Below are positions 1 to 8,880 of a DNA stretch of 64,000 nucleotides, one piece after another. Location: assembly GCA_965215195.1 (NCBI GenBank), contig CBDCDC010000002.1, forward strand, positions 3,040,001 through 3,104,000, read 5' to 3'. The notes beneath the pieces were generated by a model that was given only the letters and a program-made list of their open reading frames with translations, had not been told where the DNA came from and did not search any database. Made by a program: the position numbers and the translations under genes. This stretch comes from Candidatus Latescibacterota bacterium. GTDB lineage: Bacteria; Latescibacterota; UBA2968; UBA8231. The stretch's first letter is position 1, and the number at the start of each line of letters is the position of its first letter.

Positions 1-1252
1 AGCCGCTAATGCGGATCGTCGGCTCGGAAACGAGCTGCACCGAGACGCTGTCCGGACCGACTAAGAGCAAATGGCGACGCCACGCTCCGCGAATTGAGTC
101 CAAGAACAAAGTGACCCCGCCCGGGCGCAACCGCGGCTGAAGGCGCAGATAGACGCTGCCGGTGGCATCTATCAGGCTGGTGTCGCGGACGACCGCTTCG
201 GCGGCGACGGCGATGTCGCGGGTGGGGACGGGCGGGTATTTGTCCCCTTCGGCATAGTATAGGTCGCGGTGGCGGTTGTGGGTGAAATAGTTCCACACGG
301 CAAATTCGCCCATGGCGACGCCTAAGCCGCCCGGCTCCACTTGGCGGAGGATGCGGTCGAAATGATCGAGATGGACGCTTTTGCGCTGACCCAGTTCTTC
401 CCAGATCAAGCGGTTGAGATCGCGGCCGTAGTGCTGGTCCAGGAAGTGGGAAAAGATCGCACTGCCGTAGGTGTGGAGGCTGCCAAGACGCCCGGAGTCG
501 AGGGCGCGTTGGGGTTCGCCGAGGAAGTGAATTAAATACTGGAGATAATCGTCGATGTGCGGATAGGCCACTTCCTCCATCCACGTCGAGGTTGATTCCT
601 GCCACCAGTTCCCGGCTTCAGGTGCGTAGTAGCCAAACTGAATGGCGTGGTGAAACTCGTGGGCGATGGTCACGCGCAGGGCGTCCAGTCCGCGGGTCTG
701 CACATAGCTAGAATCGGTGAAATTGTTGTCGATTTCGAGGTAGCTGTAGGTGGTCGCGCCGGACGTCTCGGGGTAGGCGCAGCCATAAACGGGATCTGAG
801 CGTCCACAGCCCCCGCGGCTTAAATCTATAATATAAACGTCGTATTCGTCGCCACCGCCCAAGCCGTTGTCCGAAGGCGGCGGGTTGTAGCCGAGTTGTT
901 CGACTTCCAACACCCAAGTGCTATCGAGGACCGTGGCAGCTAGGTCGATGTAGTCCGGGATGCCGTTGCCGTCGTCGTCATTAAGCTCGACCGCGTCGCT
1001 GCCCTCGGTGTCGTAGTGGACGCGAAAGTGGCCGGAAGGCGTTAGCAAGCTGTGCTGGGTACTAGGCCGGCGCTGCACGAGTTTGCCTAGGCCCTTGCGA
1101 TTTTCGGTACTCAGGTCAGAGGCCGCGTCCATGGTTTGGAGCAAGTAGGGGGTGCCGCAGCGCAGTGCAGTCGGGGCGTGTTGGGTCGGTGTCTCTGCGT
1201 GATTGTTATGTACTGTAGATAAAAGTATTCCGCTAACTAGCGTCAGAATCAT
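1..1252 (-). CDS. Secreted zinc metalloprotease, MXAN_6640-like (partial; runs off the left edge), paralog of 2502..4253
   Basis: Not in the ORF track because no stop is in the window. Hand translation from ATG 1252 gives MILTLVSGILLSTV...RCGTPYLL...SGHFRVHYDTEG...DGNGIPDYID...TIAHEFHHAIQFGYY...WWQESTSTWMEE. The reading frame at position 2 matches the start frame. Confidence 0.85.
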   Translation of the reverse strand, partial: MILTLVSGILLSTVHNNHAETPTQHAPTALRCGTPYLLQTMDAASDLSTENRKGLGKLVQRRPSTQHSLLTPSGHFRVHYDTEGSDAVELNDDDGNGIPDYIDLAATVLDSTWVLEVEQLGYNPPPSDNGLGGGDEYDVYIIDLSRGGCGRSDPVYGCAYPETSGATTYSYLEIDNNFTDSSYVQTRGLDALRVTIAHEFHHAIQFGYYAPEAGNWWQESTSTWMEEVAYPHIDDYLQYLIHFLGEPQRALDSGRLGSLHTYGSAIFSHFLDQHYGRDLNRLIWEELGQRKSVHLDHFDRILRQVEPGGLGVAMGEFAVWNYFTHNRHRDLYYAEGDKYPPVPTRDIAVAAEAVVRDTSLIDATGSVYLRLQPRLRPGGVTLFLDSIRGAWRRHLLLVGPDSVSVQLVSEPTIRISG

Positions 1253-1402
1253 GGAATAATTCCCTTGGGCTGTTAAAAAGTTGGAAGTTGTTGTGCCAAA
1301 CTTTGCAAACATACAGCAAAAGTAGAAGTATAGGAGAATGAACTACCGAAAGTTTTTTATAGACTTACGTCATCTTTGAGTTTCGATAGGGACCCTTAGT
1401 TA

Positions 1403-2287
1403 ACCAATGGTGCTAGTGAGTTGACCGTGGTCAAGGTAGTTCCTACGCTGAGGGTATCCCCCCTTTCAGCGAAGGAGCGTCCCATGACCACGGCCGAGTT
1501 TATAATAGCCCTGTTCTGTCGAATCGACCACCAGATGGGCGATGTGCCCAAACACCCCCAAGCCGCCTTATATCCCAGCGAAACGGTGACCTTGGCGGTT
1601 CTGTATGCGCTCAAAGGGGGCGGCAAACGGGCGTTTTATCGCTGGGTAGCGCGCGATTGGCGCGCCTTTTTTCCGCGCCTGCCCGAGCGCACCCGCTTGT
1701 TCCGCCTGTTTGCCGCCCATGCGGACTGGACCGATCGCTTTCGAGCGGACCCCACCCCCTTAGGCGTGATCGATAGCTATGGCATCGAGTTGATCCATCC
1801 AGTACGCGAAGGCCGCTCCGCTCACCCTATCGGCCGGAAAGGGCGGTCCAATCACCGCTGGATCGTCGGCGGCAAGCTGGGCTTGATCGTCAACCAATGG
1901 GGCTTGATCGTCGATTGGGATTGTAATACCGCCAATGTCCACGACTCGGTCTTTCACCCGATGATTGGCCGCTACGAAGAGCAGATGATCCTCCTCAGCG
2001 ACCAAGGCTTTCATGCCAAAGCCGGTGATCCGGCCAATCTGAAAGTGTGTCCGGCCAAAACTTGGGGCGAGCGGATGGTCATCGAGACCGTCTTTTCCAT
2101 GCTGACCCGCATCGGGCACTTCAAGCGACAGACCCATCGAGCCTGGGCCTATTTTAGAGCGCATCTGAGCTTTGCCATGGCCACCTTCAACCTGCTGGCA
2201 CAGTGGCATGGGTTGCAACCCGATGAAAATGGATTCGTCCGCTTGTCCATCGCGGAATTTAGCTTGTAGCCCACTAGCACCATTGGT
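1403..2287 (+). mobile_element. IS982-family insertion sequence, 885 bp, apparently intact
   Basis: Perfect 16-bp terminal inverted repeats ACCAATGGTGCTAGTG (1403-1418) and CACTAGCACCATTGGT (2272-2287). Flanking 6-bp direct repeat TAGTTA at 1397-1402 and 2288-2293. Encloses one transposase. Confidence 0.9.
1484..2269 (+). CDS. IS982-family DDE transposase
   Basis: Motifs GVIDSYGIEL, GGKLGLIVN..G.IVDW....ANVHD, LSDQGF and ERMVIETVFSML. ATG 1484 follows an AAGGAG RBS; the ORF track start at 1421 is probably too early. Confidence 0.88.
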   Translation: MTTAEFIIALFCRIDHQMGDVPKHPQAALYPSETVTLAVLYALKGGGKRAFYRWVARDWRAFFPRLPERTRLFRLFAAHADWTDRFRADPTPLGVIDSYGIELIHPVREGRSAHPIGRKGRSNHRWIVGGKLGLIVNQWGLIVDWDCNTANVHDSVFHPMIGRYEEQMILLSDQGFHAKAGDPANLKVCPAKTWGERMVIETVFSMLTRIGHFKRQTHRAWAYFRAHLSFAMATFNLLAQWHGLQPDENGFVRLSIAEFSL

Positions 2288-2395
2288 TAGTTAAACGATC
2301 TGTCGATGACAACTGCATTACGGCAGGACTGTTCTGTACTGGACAAGGAAGAAGCGACATACACCGCTGGTGACGAGCTTACCGGCGAGTCAACT

Positions 2396-2444
2396 TAGCC
2401 AATTTCTCCTAAATGTAACTATAGGAGAAATTGGCTATCTTTTT
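2396..2444. terminator. Stem-loop / probable intrinsic terminator downstream of the protease gene
   Basis: Perfect 16-bp stem TAGCCAATTTCTCCTA (2396-2411) and TAGGAGAAATTGGCTA (2422-2437), 10-nt loop, T-rich tail on the + strand. Confidence 0.55.
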
Positions 2445-2501
2445 GAGACTTTACGCACTTTTAGGTTTCGGCTGGCAGGAAGTGCGGCGTAGTTTGGTCC
2501 T

Positions 2502-4253
2502 TCAATCGCGCACCACCGCTATCGTGCGCTTGGCCGCTGTGCCGTCGGCTTCGAGGAGCAGGTGGTAGATGCCGCTGGCCACGAGCTTGCCGGCCGCGTT
2601 GCGGCCGTCCCACAGCTCCTCGTAGCCTTTGCGGGCAGCGCGGCCCCCTAAGTCCACTCGCCGAATCAAGTCGCCGTTGGCTGCAAAGATCGACAGGCGG
2701 GTCTGGGTGCTGGGCGCGGCTAGGTCGAACAACAGCTTGGTGTGCGGGTGTTGGCCGGGGCGGAAGGGGTTGGGGTAGTTGGGCTTGAGTAGGGTGGCGA
2801 GGGCGGCCGGCGCGTCGGGATCGGTCAGATCGGGATCGAATTGCGCGGTAAGTAGGTGCTGATAGGCCAAGCCGGTGCGCTCGGCCGCCGTGGCGACGAG
2901 GACGATCTCGTCGAACTGGTCCCAGCCGCTGATGCGGATCGTCGGCTCGGTGACCGCTTGCACCGAGAGGCTGTCCGGGCCGATTAAGAGCAAATGGCGA
3001 CGCCACGCTCCGCGAATTGAGTCCAAGAACAAAGTGACCCCGCCCGTGCGCAACCGCGGCTGAAGGCGCAGATAGACGCTGCCCGTGGCATCTATCAGGC
3101 TAGTGTCGCGGACGACCGCTTCGGCGGCGATGGCGATGTCGCGGGTGGGGACGGACGGGTATTTGTCCCCTTCGGCATAGTATGGGGCGCGGTGGCGGTT
3201 GTTGGTGAAATAGTTCCACACGGCAAATTCGCCCATGGCGACGCCTAATCCCCCCGGCTCAACTTGGCGGAGAATGCGGTCGAAATGATCGAGATGGACG
3301 CTTTTGCGCTCCTTGAGTTCTTCCCAGATCAAGCGGTTGAGATCGCGGCCGTAGCGCTGGTCGAGGAAGTGGGAAAAGATCGTACTGCCGTAGGTGTGGT
3401 TGCTGCCATAAGGGCCGGAGTTGAGGGCGCGCTGGGGTTCGCCGAGGAAGTAGGTCAAATACTGGAGATAATCGTCAATGCGCGGATAGGCCACTTCCTC
3501 CATCCACGTCGAGGTCGATTCTTGCCACCAACTGCCGTCAAATTTTGCGTAGTAGCCAAATTGAATGGCGTGGTGAAACTCGTGGGCGATGGTCACCCGC
3601 AGGGCGTCCAGTCCGCGGGTCTGCTTGTAGCCCGGGTCGGTGTAGTTGTTGTCGATTTCGAGATGGCTAGAGGTGGTGGTCGCGCCGCCCGTCATAGGAT
3701 AGGTGAACCCATAATAACTCTTGCCGACTCCTAGCTCGACGACGTACGCGTCGTATTCGTCTCCGCCGCCCAAGCCGTTGTCCGAAGGGGGCGGATTGTA
3801 GCCGAGTTGCTCAATTTCGAGCACCCAAGTGCTGTCGAGGACGGCCATAGTGAGATCGATGTAGTCTGGGATGCCATTGGCGTCGCTGTCCGTCGGCGAA
3901 ACCGCGTGGTGCCCCTCAGTATCGTAGTGGACGCGAAAGCGCCCCGATGGCGAGAGGAGATTGTGCTGGGCGGTCCGGCGCGTCATCAGCTTGCCCAAAC
4001 GGGCGCGGTACTCGGGGCTCAGGTCCGGGGCCGCGCTCATGGCTTGGACTAGATGCGGGGTCCCGCAAACGGCCGGCCCGCCAGATTCTCGGTACATGGC
4101 CGGCAGTTGGTCGGGAGCGCGTGCGCTGAGGACTTGGTAGATCAGGGCCGTCTCCAAGCTGAGTTCGCCGGCGGCGTAGGCCGCTTCGATCCGAGTTTTG
4201 GCTTGAATGGGGAGGGCGAACAGGAGGAGGAGGACGAAAATTTTAGCTGTCAT
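2502..4253 (-). CDS. Secreted zinc metalloprotease (MXAN_6640-like) with C-terminal FlgD Ig-like / T9SS-type tail
   Basis: Signal peptide MTAKIFVLLLLFALPIQA, CGTP putative cysteine switch, HEFHH zinc motif plus WWQES. C-terminus PNYPNPF...WDGRNAAGKLVASGIY. Start moved from 4349 to ATG 4253. Confidence 0.85.
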   Translation of the reverse strand: MTAKIFVLLLLFALPIQAKTRIEAAYAAGELSLETALIYQVLSARAPDQLPAMYRESGGPAVCGTPHLVQAMSAAPDLSPEYRARLGKLMTRRTAQHNLLSPSGRFRVHYDTEGHHAVSPTDSDANGIPDYIDLTMAVLDSTWVLEIEQLGYNPPPSDNGLGGGDEYDAYVVELGVGKSYYGFTYPMTGGATTTSSHLEIDNNYTDPGYKQTRGLDALRVTIAHEFHHAIQFGYYAKFDGSWWQESTSTWMEEVAYPRIDDYLQYLTYFLGEPQRALNSGPYGSNHTYGSTIFSHFLDQRYGRDLNRLIWEELKERKSVHLDHFDRILRQVEPGGLGVAMGEFAVWNYFTNNRHRAPYYAEGDKYPSVPTRDIAIAAEAVVRDTSLIDATGSVYLRLQPRLRTGGVTLFLDSIRGAWRRHLLLIGPDSLSVQAVTEPTIRISGWDQFDEIVLVATAAERTGLAYQHLLTAQFDPDLTDPDAPAALATLLKPNYPNPFRPGQHPHTKLLFDLAAPSTQTRLSIFAANGDLIRRVDLGGRAARKGYEELWDGRNAAGKLVASGIYHLLLEADGTAAKRTIAVVRD

Positions 4254-4341
4254 AGATGGCTCGGGGCTGTGGTGAAGGGTGGCGTGAGAAAATAATGGCG
4301 CAACGGGCCGAGACCAAACTAAGGCTCGCCAATGCCTTCCG

Positions 4342-5031
4342 TCATTCACCCTGTCCAGTGGATTTAGTCGCTTTTATCACCGCGACGGGTACAACGCGCC
4401 ACAGGCAGGCCGCGTCAAAGCCGGCGTCCGTCAGCGCGGCGAGTTCGTCTGCGAGGGGAAAGTAGGTGTCTTCGTCGGCCCATTCTGCGAAATGGCTATA
4501 GGCGCGTTCCGAGGGGATGCCGCAGGAAACAAGGTGGGCTGCCCAAGTCTCGTATTCGGCTTGGCGAGCGGACCGGTCGGCGGGCATGGTCGCATCCGCG
4601 TTGATGAATACGCCGCCCGGGCGCAACGCAGCGTGAATCGCGCTGAAGATCGTCCGTTTTTCGGCGAGGGTGGGAACGTGGTGCAGCGCGAGGGAGGCGA
4701 CCACGGCGTCGCAAGCAGGTAGCGGACCTTGGAACGCTCGCACGGTGTACTGTACTCGGGCAGCAAAGGGCGCGAGCCGCTCGCGGGCCTGAGCGAGCAT
4801 CTCGGCGTCGGCGTCGATCAGCTCGACGCTAGCTTCCTTGCATCGCTGCAATACAGCTTGCGCCAACGCGCCCGTGCCAGCGCCGAGGTCAATCACTTTT
4901 TTCGGCTTGGTTTCGGCAACGGCGTCTGCGGCTCGCGTCAGCATCTCCTCGTAGGCGGGAATGAAAGCGCGGATGGTCTTATCGTACGCCTCGATTTCAA
5001 CGCGCAGATGGCGTCGGACGGAATGGCTCAT
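4342..5031 (-). CDS. Class I SAM-dependent methyltransferase
   Basis: VIDLGAGTG motif I, DAVVASLALHH, ALRPGGVFINAD. Probable start MSHSVRR at 5031. Confidence 0.85.
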   Translation of the reverse strand: MSHSVRRHLRVEIEAYDKTIRAFIPAYEEMLTRAADAVAETKPKKVIDLGAGTGALAQAVLQRCKEASVELIDADAEMLAQARERLAPFAARVQYTVRAFQGPLPACDAVVASLALHHVPTLAEKRTIFSAIHAALRPGGVFINADATMPADRSARQAEYETWAAHLVSCGIPSERAYSHFAEWADEDTYFPLADELAALTDAGFDAACLWRVVPVAVIKATKSTGQGE

Positions 5032-5173
5032 CGGCTTTCCTATGGATCTTTGTGCGGTGGTCGTCTGATTGGATGGCCTAAAATTATCTCCAGCCAGAAG
5101 GCGACGTGAGGCTATCATCGGAGACGATTATTGTGAAGGATGGAATGGCGCAGAAGAGCGGAAAATTGCGGAT

Positions 5174-5258
5174 GAGTTTGATGAATTCGATGCCGAAGTT
5201 TGCAGAAGATGCGGAATCGGGAAGGTTAGATCAACTTGCTAACCAAGCGTTGGATTGA
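5174..5258 (+). pseudogene. Remnant of a small antitoxin-like gene
   Basis: EFDEFDAE in one frame continues as KFAEDAESGRLDQLANQALD* in another. Resembles the acidic antitoxin-like family with pattern FDA..WD.QFE.D...GRLD.LA..AL. No intact start. Confidence 0.45.
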
Positions 5259-5312
5259 TCCTGCTAGGCGATTTGTTATTATGACATGATGTGATAACAT
5301 GGAGCTATTCGA

Positions 5313-5561
5313 GTGATTCGCACACAGATTCAGTTGACCGACGAACAGGCGCGGCGCGTCAAGCGGATCGCCGCCGAGCGGCAGGTTTCGATGGCGACGG
5401 TGATTCGCCAAGGGGTCGATCGCCTGCTGAAGTCGACGGAGACAGCCGCGACCGGTGACGAGCGCATTGAACGCGCCATCGCGGTAGCCGGCCAATTCCG
5501 ATCCGGCGGCGATGGGGCCGCGCAACACGACCGCCATCTGCAGGAGGCCCACCGCGGGTGA
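5313..5561 (+). CDS. CopG/ribbon-helix-helix antitoxin (VapB-like)
   Basis: MIRTQIQLTDEQ...VSMATVIRQGVD RHH pattern and C-terminal FRSG.....QHDRHL. GGAG RBS. Imperfect palindrome ATGACATGATGTGAT at 5281-5295 may be its operator. Confidence 0.8.
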   Translation: MIRTQIQLTDEQARRVKRIAAERQVSMATVIRQGVDRLLKSTETAATGDERIERAIAVAGQFRSGGDGAAQHDRHLQEAHRG

Positions 5562-5620
5562 GCGTCTTCGTCGATACCCCGCGCTCTCGACGCTGACGAT
5601 GATGAGCATTCGCGGGCGGA
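5558..5620 (+). pseudogene. Truncated VapC/PIN toxin remnant
   Basis: GTG overlapping the antitoxin stop reads VSVFVDT (PIN N-terminal motif), then shifts frame to ALDADDDEHSRA. The rest is missing. Confidence 0.7.
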
Positions 5621-5685
5621 CGTTCCATCTGCTGATTCGTATTTTCGCCTTCCGACCGCAGACTATCTAGGAGCAAAAATCAAGT

Positions 5686-6981
5686 ATGCCAGAGCGTCGT
5701 CCCAATATTCTCTTCATCATCACGGACCAGCAATACGCCGGGGCCATGTCCTGCGCCGGCAATCCCGACGTGTACACCCCCAATATGGACAGCATTGCCA
5801 AAACAGGGGTGCGATTCACCCGTGCCTATTGCACGCACCCCTTATGCGGTCCCCAGCGCGCCAGCTTTATGACCGGTCTTTTCCCTCATCAAAATGGCGC
5901 GACCAGCAACAACACACCAATCAAGCCCGAATACAGAGGCCGAACGCTCGGCAACTTCCTCGCCGACGCGGGGTATGATTGCGCCCTGTCGGGAAAATGG
6001 CACGTCCCCGGCACCACGCCCGAAGAAAGCGGCCTCGAAGTCATCTGCGGCAGCCGCGACGACGAAGTGCCCCTGCGCGCCATCGAATTCATGCAGCGCG
6101 ACCGCGACAACCCCTTCTTCCTCTTCGCGTCATTCCTCAATCCCCACGACATCTGCCAAGTCGCCCGCAATCAGCCCCTGCCGCAAGGCCCCGTGTCGGA
6201 ACCGGCCACCCTAGAAGAATGCCCGAATCTGCCCGCAAACTTCGCCATCCCACCCTATTCGCCCGACATCGTGCAGATGCTGCGGCAGGCCAACCGCCGC
6301 GTCTATCCCACCATCGAATACACCGAAGACGACTGGCGGCGGCTCCGATATTACTACTATCGCTTATGCGAAAAAGTTGATGCTGAAATCGGCGTGATGC
6401 TCCATGGACTGCGCGATTGCGGCCTCGAAGAAGAAACCTATATCGTCTTTACTTCAGATCACGGCGACGGACACGGGGCCCACAATTGGAATCAAAAAAC
6501 CAGCCTGTACGAGGAAGTCATCAACATTCCTTTTATCATCAGTCACAAGGGGATCACGCGGGTTGGTAGCGTTGACAACACCCATCTCGTCTCCCTCGGC
6601 CTCGATCTGCTGCCCACGCTATGCGATGTCGGCGGTGCGAGCGTTCCCGATGGTCTCGAAGGGCTGAGTTTGCGACCGCTTGCCGAGGGCAACGCGCCCG
6701 ACGACTGGCGCAGTGAGCTCGTCGTTGAAACCATCGTGGACATTGGCGCAGGCCCAGGCGGTGGCGGAGCTTCACGCGCCGTGCTCACTGACCGCTACAA
6801 ATACAGCGCCTATCCCATGGGCCGCTACCGCGAGCAGCTCGTCGATTTGCAAACAGACCCGGGCGAAATGGTCAACCTCGCCGTCAACGTGCGATTCAAG
6901 GACGAACTCGACGATCACCGCCATCGCCTGCGAGCATGGTGCAAAAAAACAGAGGACGAGTTTCTGAAATTTTGTCTGTGA
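5686..6981 (+). CDS. Sulfatase (formylglycine-dependent S1 family, choline-sulfatase-like)
   Basis: RPNILFIITDQ, CGPQRASFMTG (CxPxR), GKWH, FTSDHGD, DLQTDPGEMVNLA. No signal peptide. Confidence 0.92.
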   Translation: MPERRPNILFIITDQQYAGAMSCAGNPDVYTPNMDSIAKTGVRFTRAYCTHPLCGPQRASFMTGLFPHQNGATSNNTPIKPEYRGRTLGNFLADAGYDCALSGKWHVPGTTPEESGLEVICGSRDDEVPLRAIEFMQRDRDNPFFLFASFLNPHDICQVARNQPLPQGPVSEPATLEECPNLPANFAIPPYSPDIVQMLRQANRRVYPTIEYTEDDWRRLRYYYYRLCEKVDAEIGVMLHGLRDCGLEEETYIVFTSDHGDGHGAHNWNQKTSLYEEVINIPFIISHKGITRVGSVDNTHLVSLGLDLLPTLCDVGGASVPDGLEGLSLRPLAEGNAPDDWRSELVVETIVDIGAGPGGGGASRAVLTDRYKYSAYPMGRYREQLVDLQTDPGEMVNLAVNVRFKDELDDHRHRLRAWCKKTEDEFLKFCL

Positions 6982-7172
6982 GCGCGGTCGTCCTTTTGCC
7001 GATCCTGCTACGGGGTGACTACATCACAGCCGACACGCGGTGGGCTCGCACCTTTGAGCCGTGCAGAGGAGCCATCGTCATTTGTGAGTCGCCAAAGAAG
7101 CCTTTGTGCCCGACCGCGATAGCGGGCAAATCTCAGAGTGAGATGCGAATAGAATTTAACTAGGAGACTGCC

Positions 7173-8141
7173 GTGGAATTGACCAAGAGACCCCGACGAC
7201 TCAGGCGCTCAGAAGCGGTGCGCAGCTTGGTGCGCGAGACTCACTTGCGCGTCGATGACTTGATCTGCCCGCTGTTTGTCACCGAAGGCGCAAAAACGCG
7301 CGCACCCATCGACGACATGCCCGGCCAATATCGCTTCTCAATTGATGCGCTGGTCAACGAGTGCCGCGCGCTGTGGGAGTTGGGCATCCCAGCGGTCAAT
7401 CTCTTTGGCTACTCAACCCAAAAAGACGATAGGGCCACTCAGTCCTACGACCCGCAGGGCTTGATCCAACGAGCGATCCGCAGCCTCAAGGCCGCAGTGC
7501 CCGAACTATGCGTACAGACCGATGTGGCCCTCGACCCCTATACTCACCACGGCCACGATGGCTTGGTCGTCGATGGCGAGGTCGTCAACGATGAGACCAT
7601 AGAGGTGCTGTGCAAGATGGCGCTTTCGCACGCCGAAGCCGGCGTTGATTGGGTCGCGCCCTCAGACATGATGGATGGCCGGGTCGGCGGCATTCGCCGA
7701 GCGCTCGACGCGGCTAATTATAAAAACGTCGGCATCTTGGCGTATTCGGCTAAATATGCCTCGTGCTTTTACGGTCCGTTCCGCGACGCGCTCCAGTCGG
7801 CACCCAAGAAGGGCGACAAGAAGAGCTATCAGATGGATCCTGCCAATGGCCGCGAGGCGCTCAAGGAGATTGCGCTCGACATTGAGGAAGGAGCCGATGT
7901 GGTGATGGTCAAGCCGGCACTGGCCTACTTAGACGTAATCGCCGCCGCCCGCCAAGCCTTTGACGTGCCGATTGCCGCGTACAATGTCTCCGGCGAGTTC
8001 GGAATGATTGTGGCGGCTGCGGAGCGGGGGTGGGTCCAGCGCGAGCAGGCCATTGTGGAGGTGTTGACCGGGATCAAGCGGGCCGGCGCGGATATGATCT
8101 TGACGTATTTCGCCAAAGAGGTCGCTGGGTACTTGCGCTGA
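7173..8141 (+). CDS. hemB: Porphobilinogen synthase (delta-aminolevulinate dehydratase)
   Basis: RPRRLR, DVALDPYTHHGHDG (Asp-rich metal site), APSDMMDGRV, YSAKYASCFYGPFRDA, YQMDPAN, VMVKPAL.YLD. Confidence 0.97.
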   Translation: MELTKRPRRLRRSEAVRSLVRETHLRVDDLICPLFVTEGAKTRAPIDDMPGQYRFSIDALVNECRALWELGIPAVNLFGYSTQKDDRATQSYDPQGLIQRAIRSLKAAVPELCVQTDVALDPYTHHGHDGLVVDGEVVNDETIEVLCKMALSHAEAGVDWVAPSDMMDGRVGGIRRALDAANYKNVGILAYSAKYASCFYGPFRDALQSAPKKGDKKSYQMDPANGREALKEIALDIEEGADVVMVKPALAYLDVIAAARQAFDVPIAAYNVSGEFGMIVAAAERGWVQREQAIVEVLTGIKRAGADMILTYFAKEVAGYLR

Positions 8142-8145
8142 TGCT

Positions 8146-8880
8146 ATGACATACGACGCTCAGGACTTTAAGATTCCGCTCCAATCAGCCGATTATGCTG
8201 AATGTTCCCTTTTTGCGACTGCGGCTATTGAAGCAATCGTCGAGGAGGCAATTGATCGGGGAGATAATAAAATTTTCATAAACACGAATCTGAAGCTCGG
8301 GCTACCGATGGAGAACATCAACAAAATCGCTGGTCCATTTGTCGAGGCATGGGCCGCGCAAACATTCTACGCTGTTCTTGAAGACGGTGCAAATAAATAC
8401 TCATTGATCAATGTTGAGGCTGTACAGCGGCTGCACATGGCTGATGTCATCCTTCAGTTCAAAAAAGAACGAAAGGTCGAGAGTGGAGTAACTGCCGAGG
8501 TGGATGTAAAGGCAACAGCAGAAGATATCGGATCAAGCGGAAAATCCCCGAATATCACTTCTTACGCTCGAATCCGCACGGCCTACGTCGAGGAGCCCGA
8601 TTATATTTTTGTCGTTCTCTCGCTAAAACACGGGCCTCATGGACGGAGCCATGGAAGTTGTTGCGTACAATGCATACGACCTCAAGTATCTCTCCGCGAA
8701 AGATATAAACTACAACCCTGCCTTGGGAACGGGTCAGATTCAGATTCGCGACATTCACTACGTCAAGCTTGAAGAGCGAACGACGTGGGAATTCTGCCAG
8801 TTGCTCGATCGCAAGTACTTGCAATCTGCACACCGGTCGTACTCGCAAACAGAAATGGATGGATCAAGAAAGATGACTGA
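8146..8880 (+). pseudogene. Probable type II restriction endonuclease, broken by two frameshifts
   Basis: PD-(D/E)xK-like HMADVILQF...AEVDVKAT. The frame changes near 8630 (SLKH to LMDGAMEVVAYNAYDLK) and again near 8840 (to LANRNGWIKKDD*, TGA 8878-8880). Overlaps the MTase start and is more AT-rich than its flanks. Confidence 0.65.

Noticed and set aside
6-605. 199-aa minus-strand ORF in the track (and its twin 2461..3006)
   Set aside because: Off-frame shadows of the protease genes; the real frame carries HEFHH and, for the left copy, runs off the window edge.
1-3700. Possible diversity-generating retroelement TR/VR pair in the near-identical protease segments
   Set aside because: No reverse transcriptase in the window, differences are not confined to adenines, and both copies are full coding genes.
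6982-7172. Possible riboswitch upstream of hemB
   Set aside because: Only a weak hairpin is visible and I could not match any riboswitch consensus; an Rfam scan would be needed.
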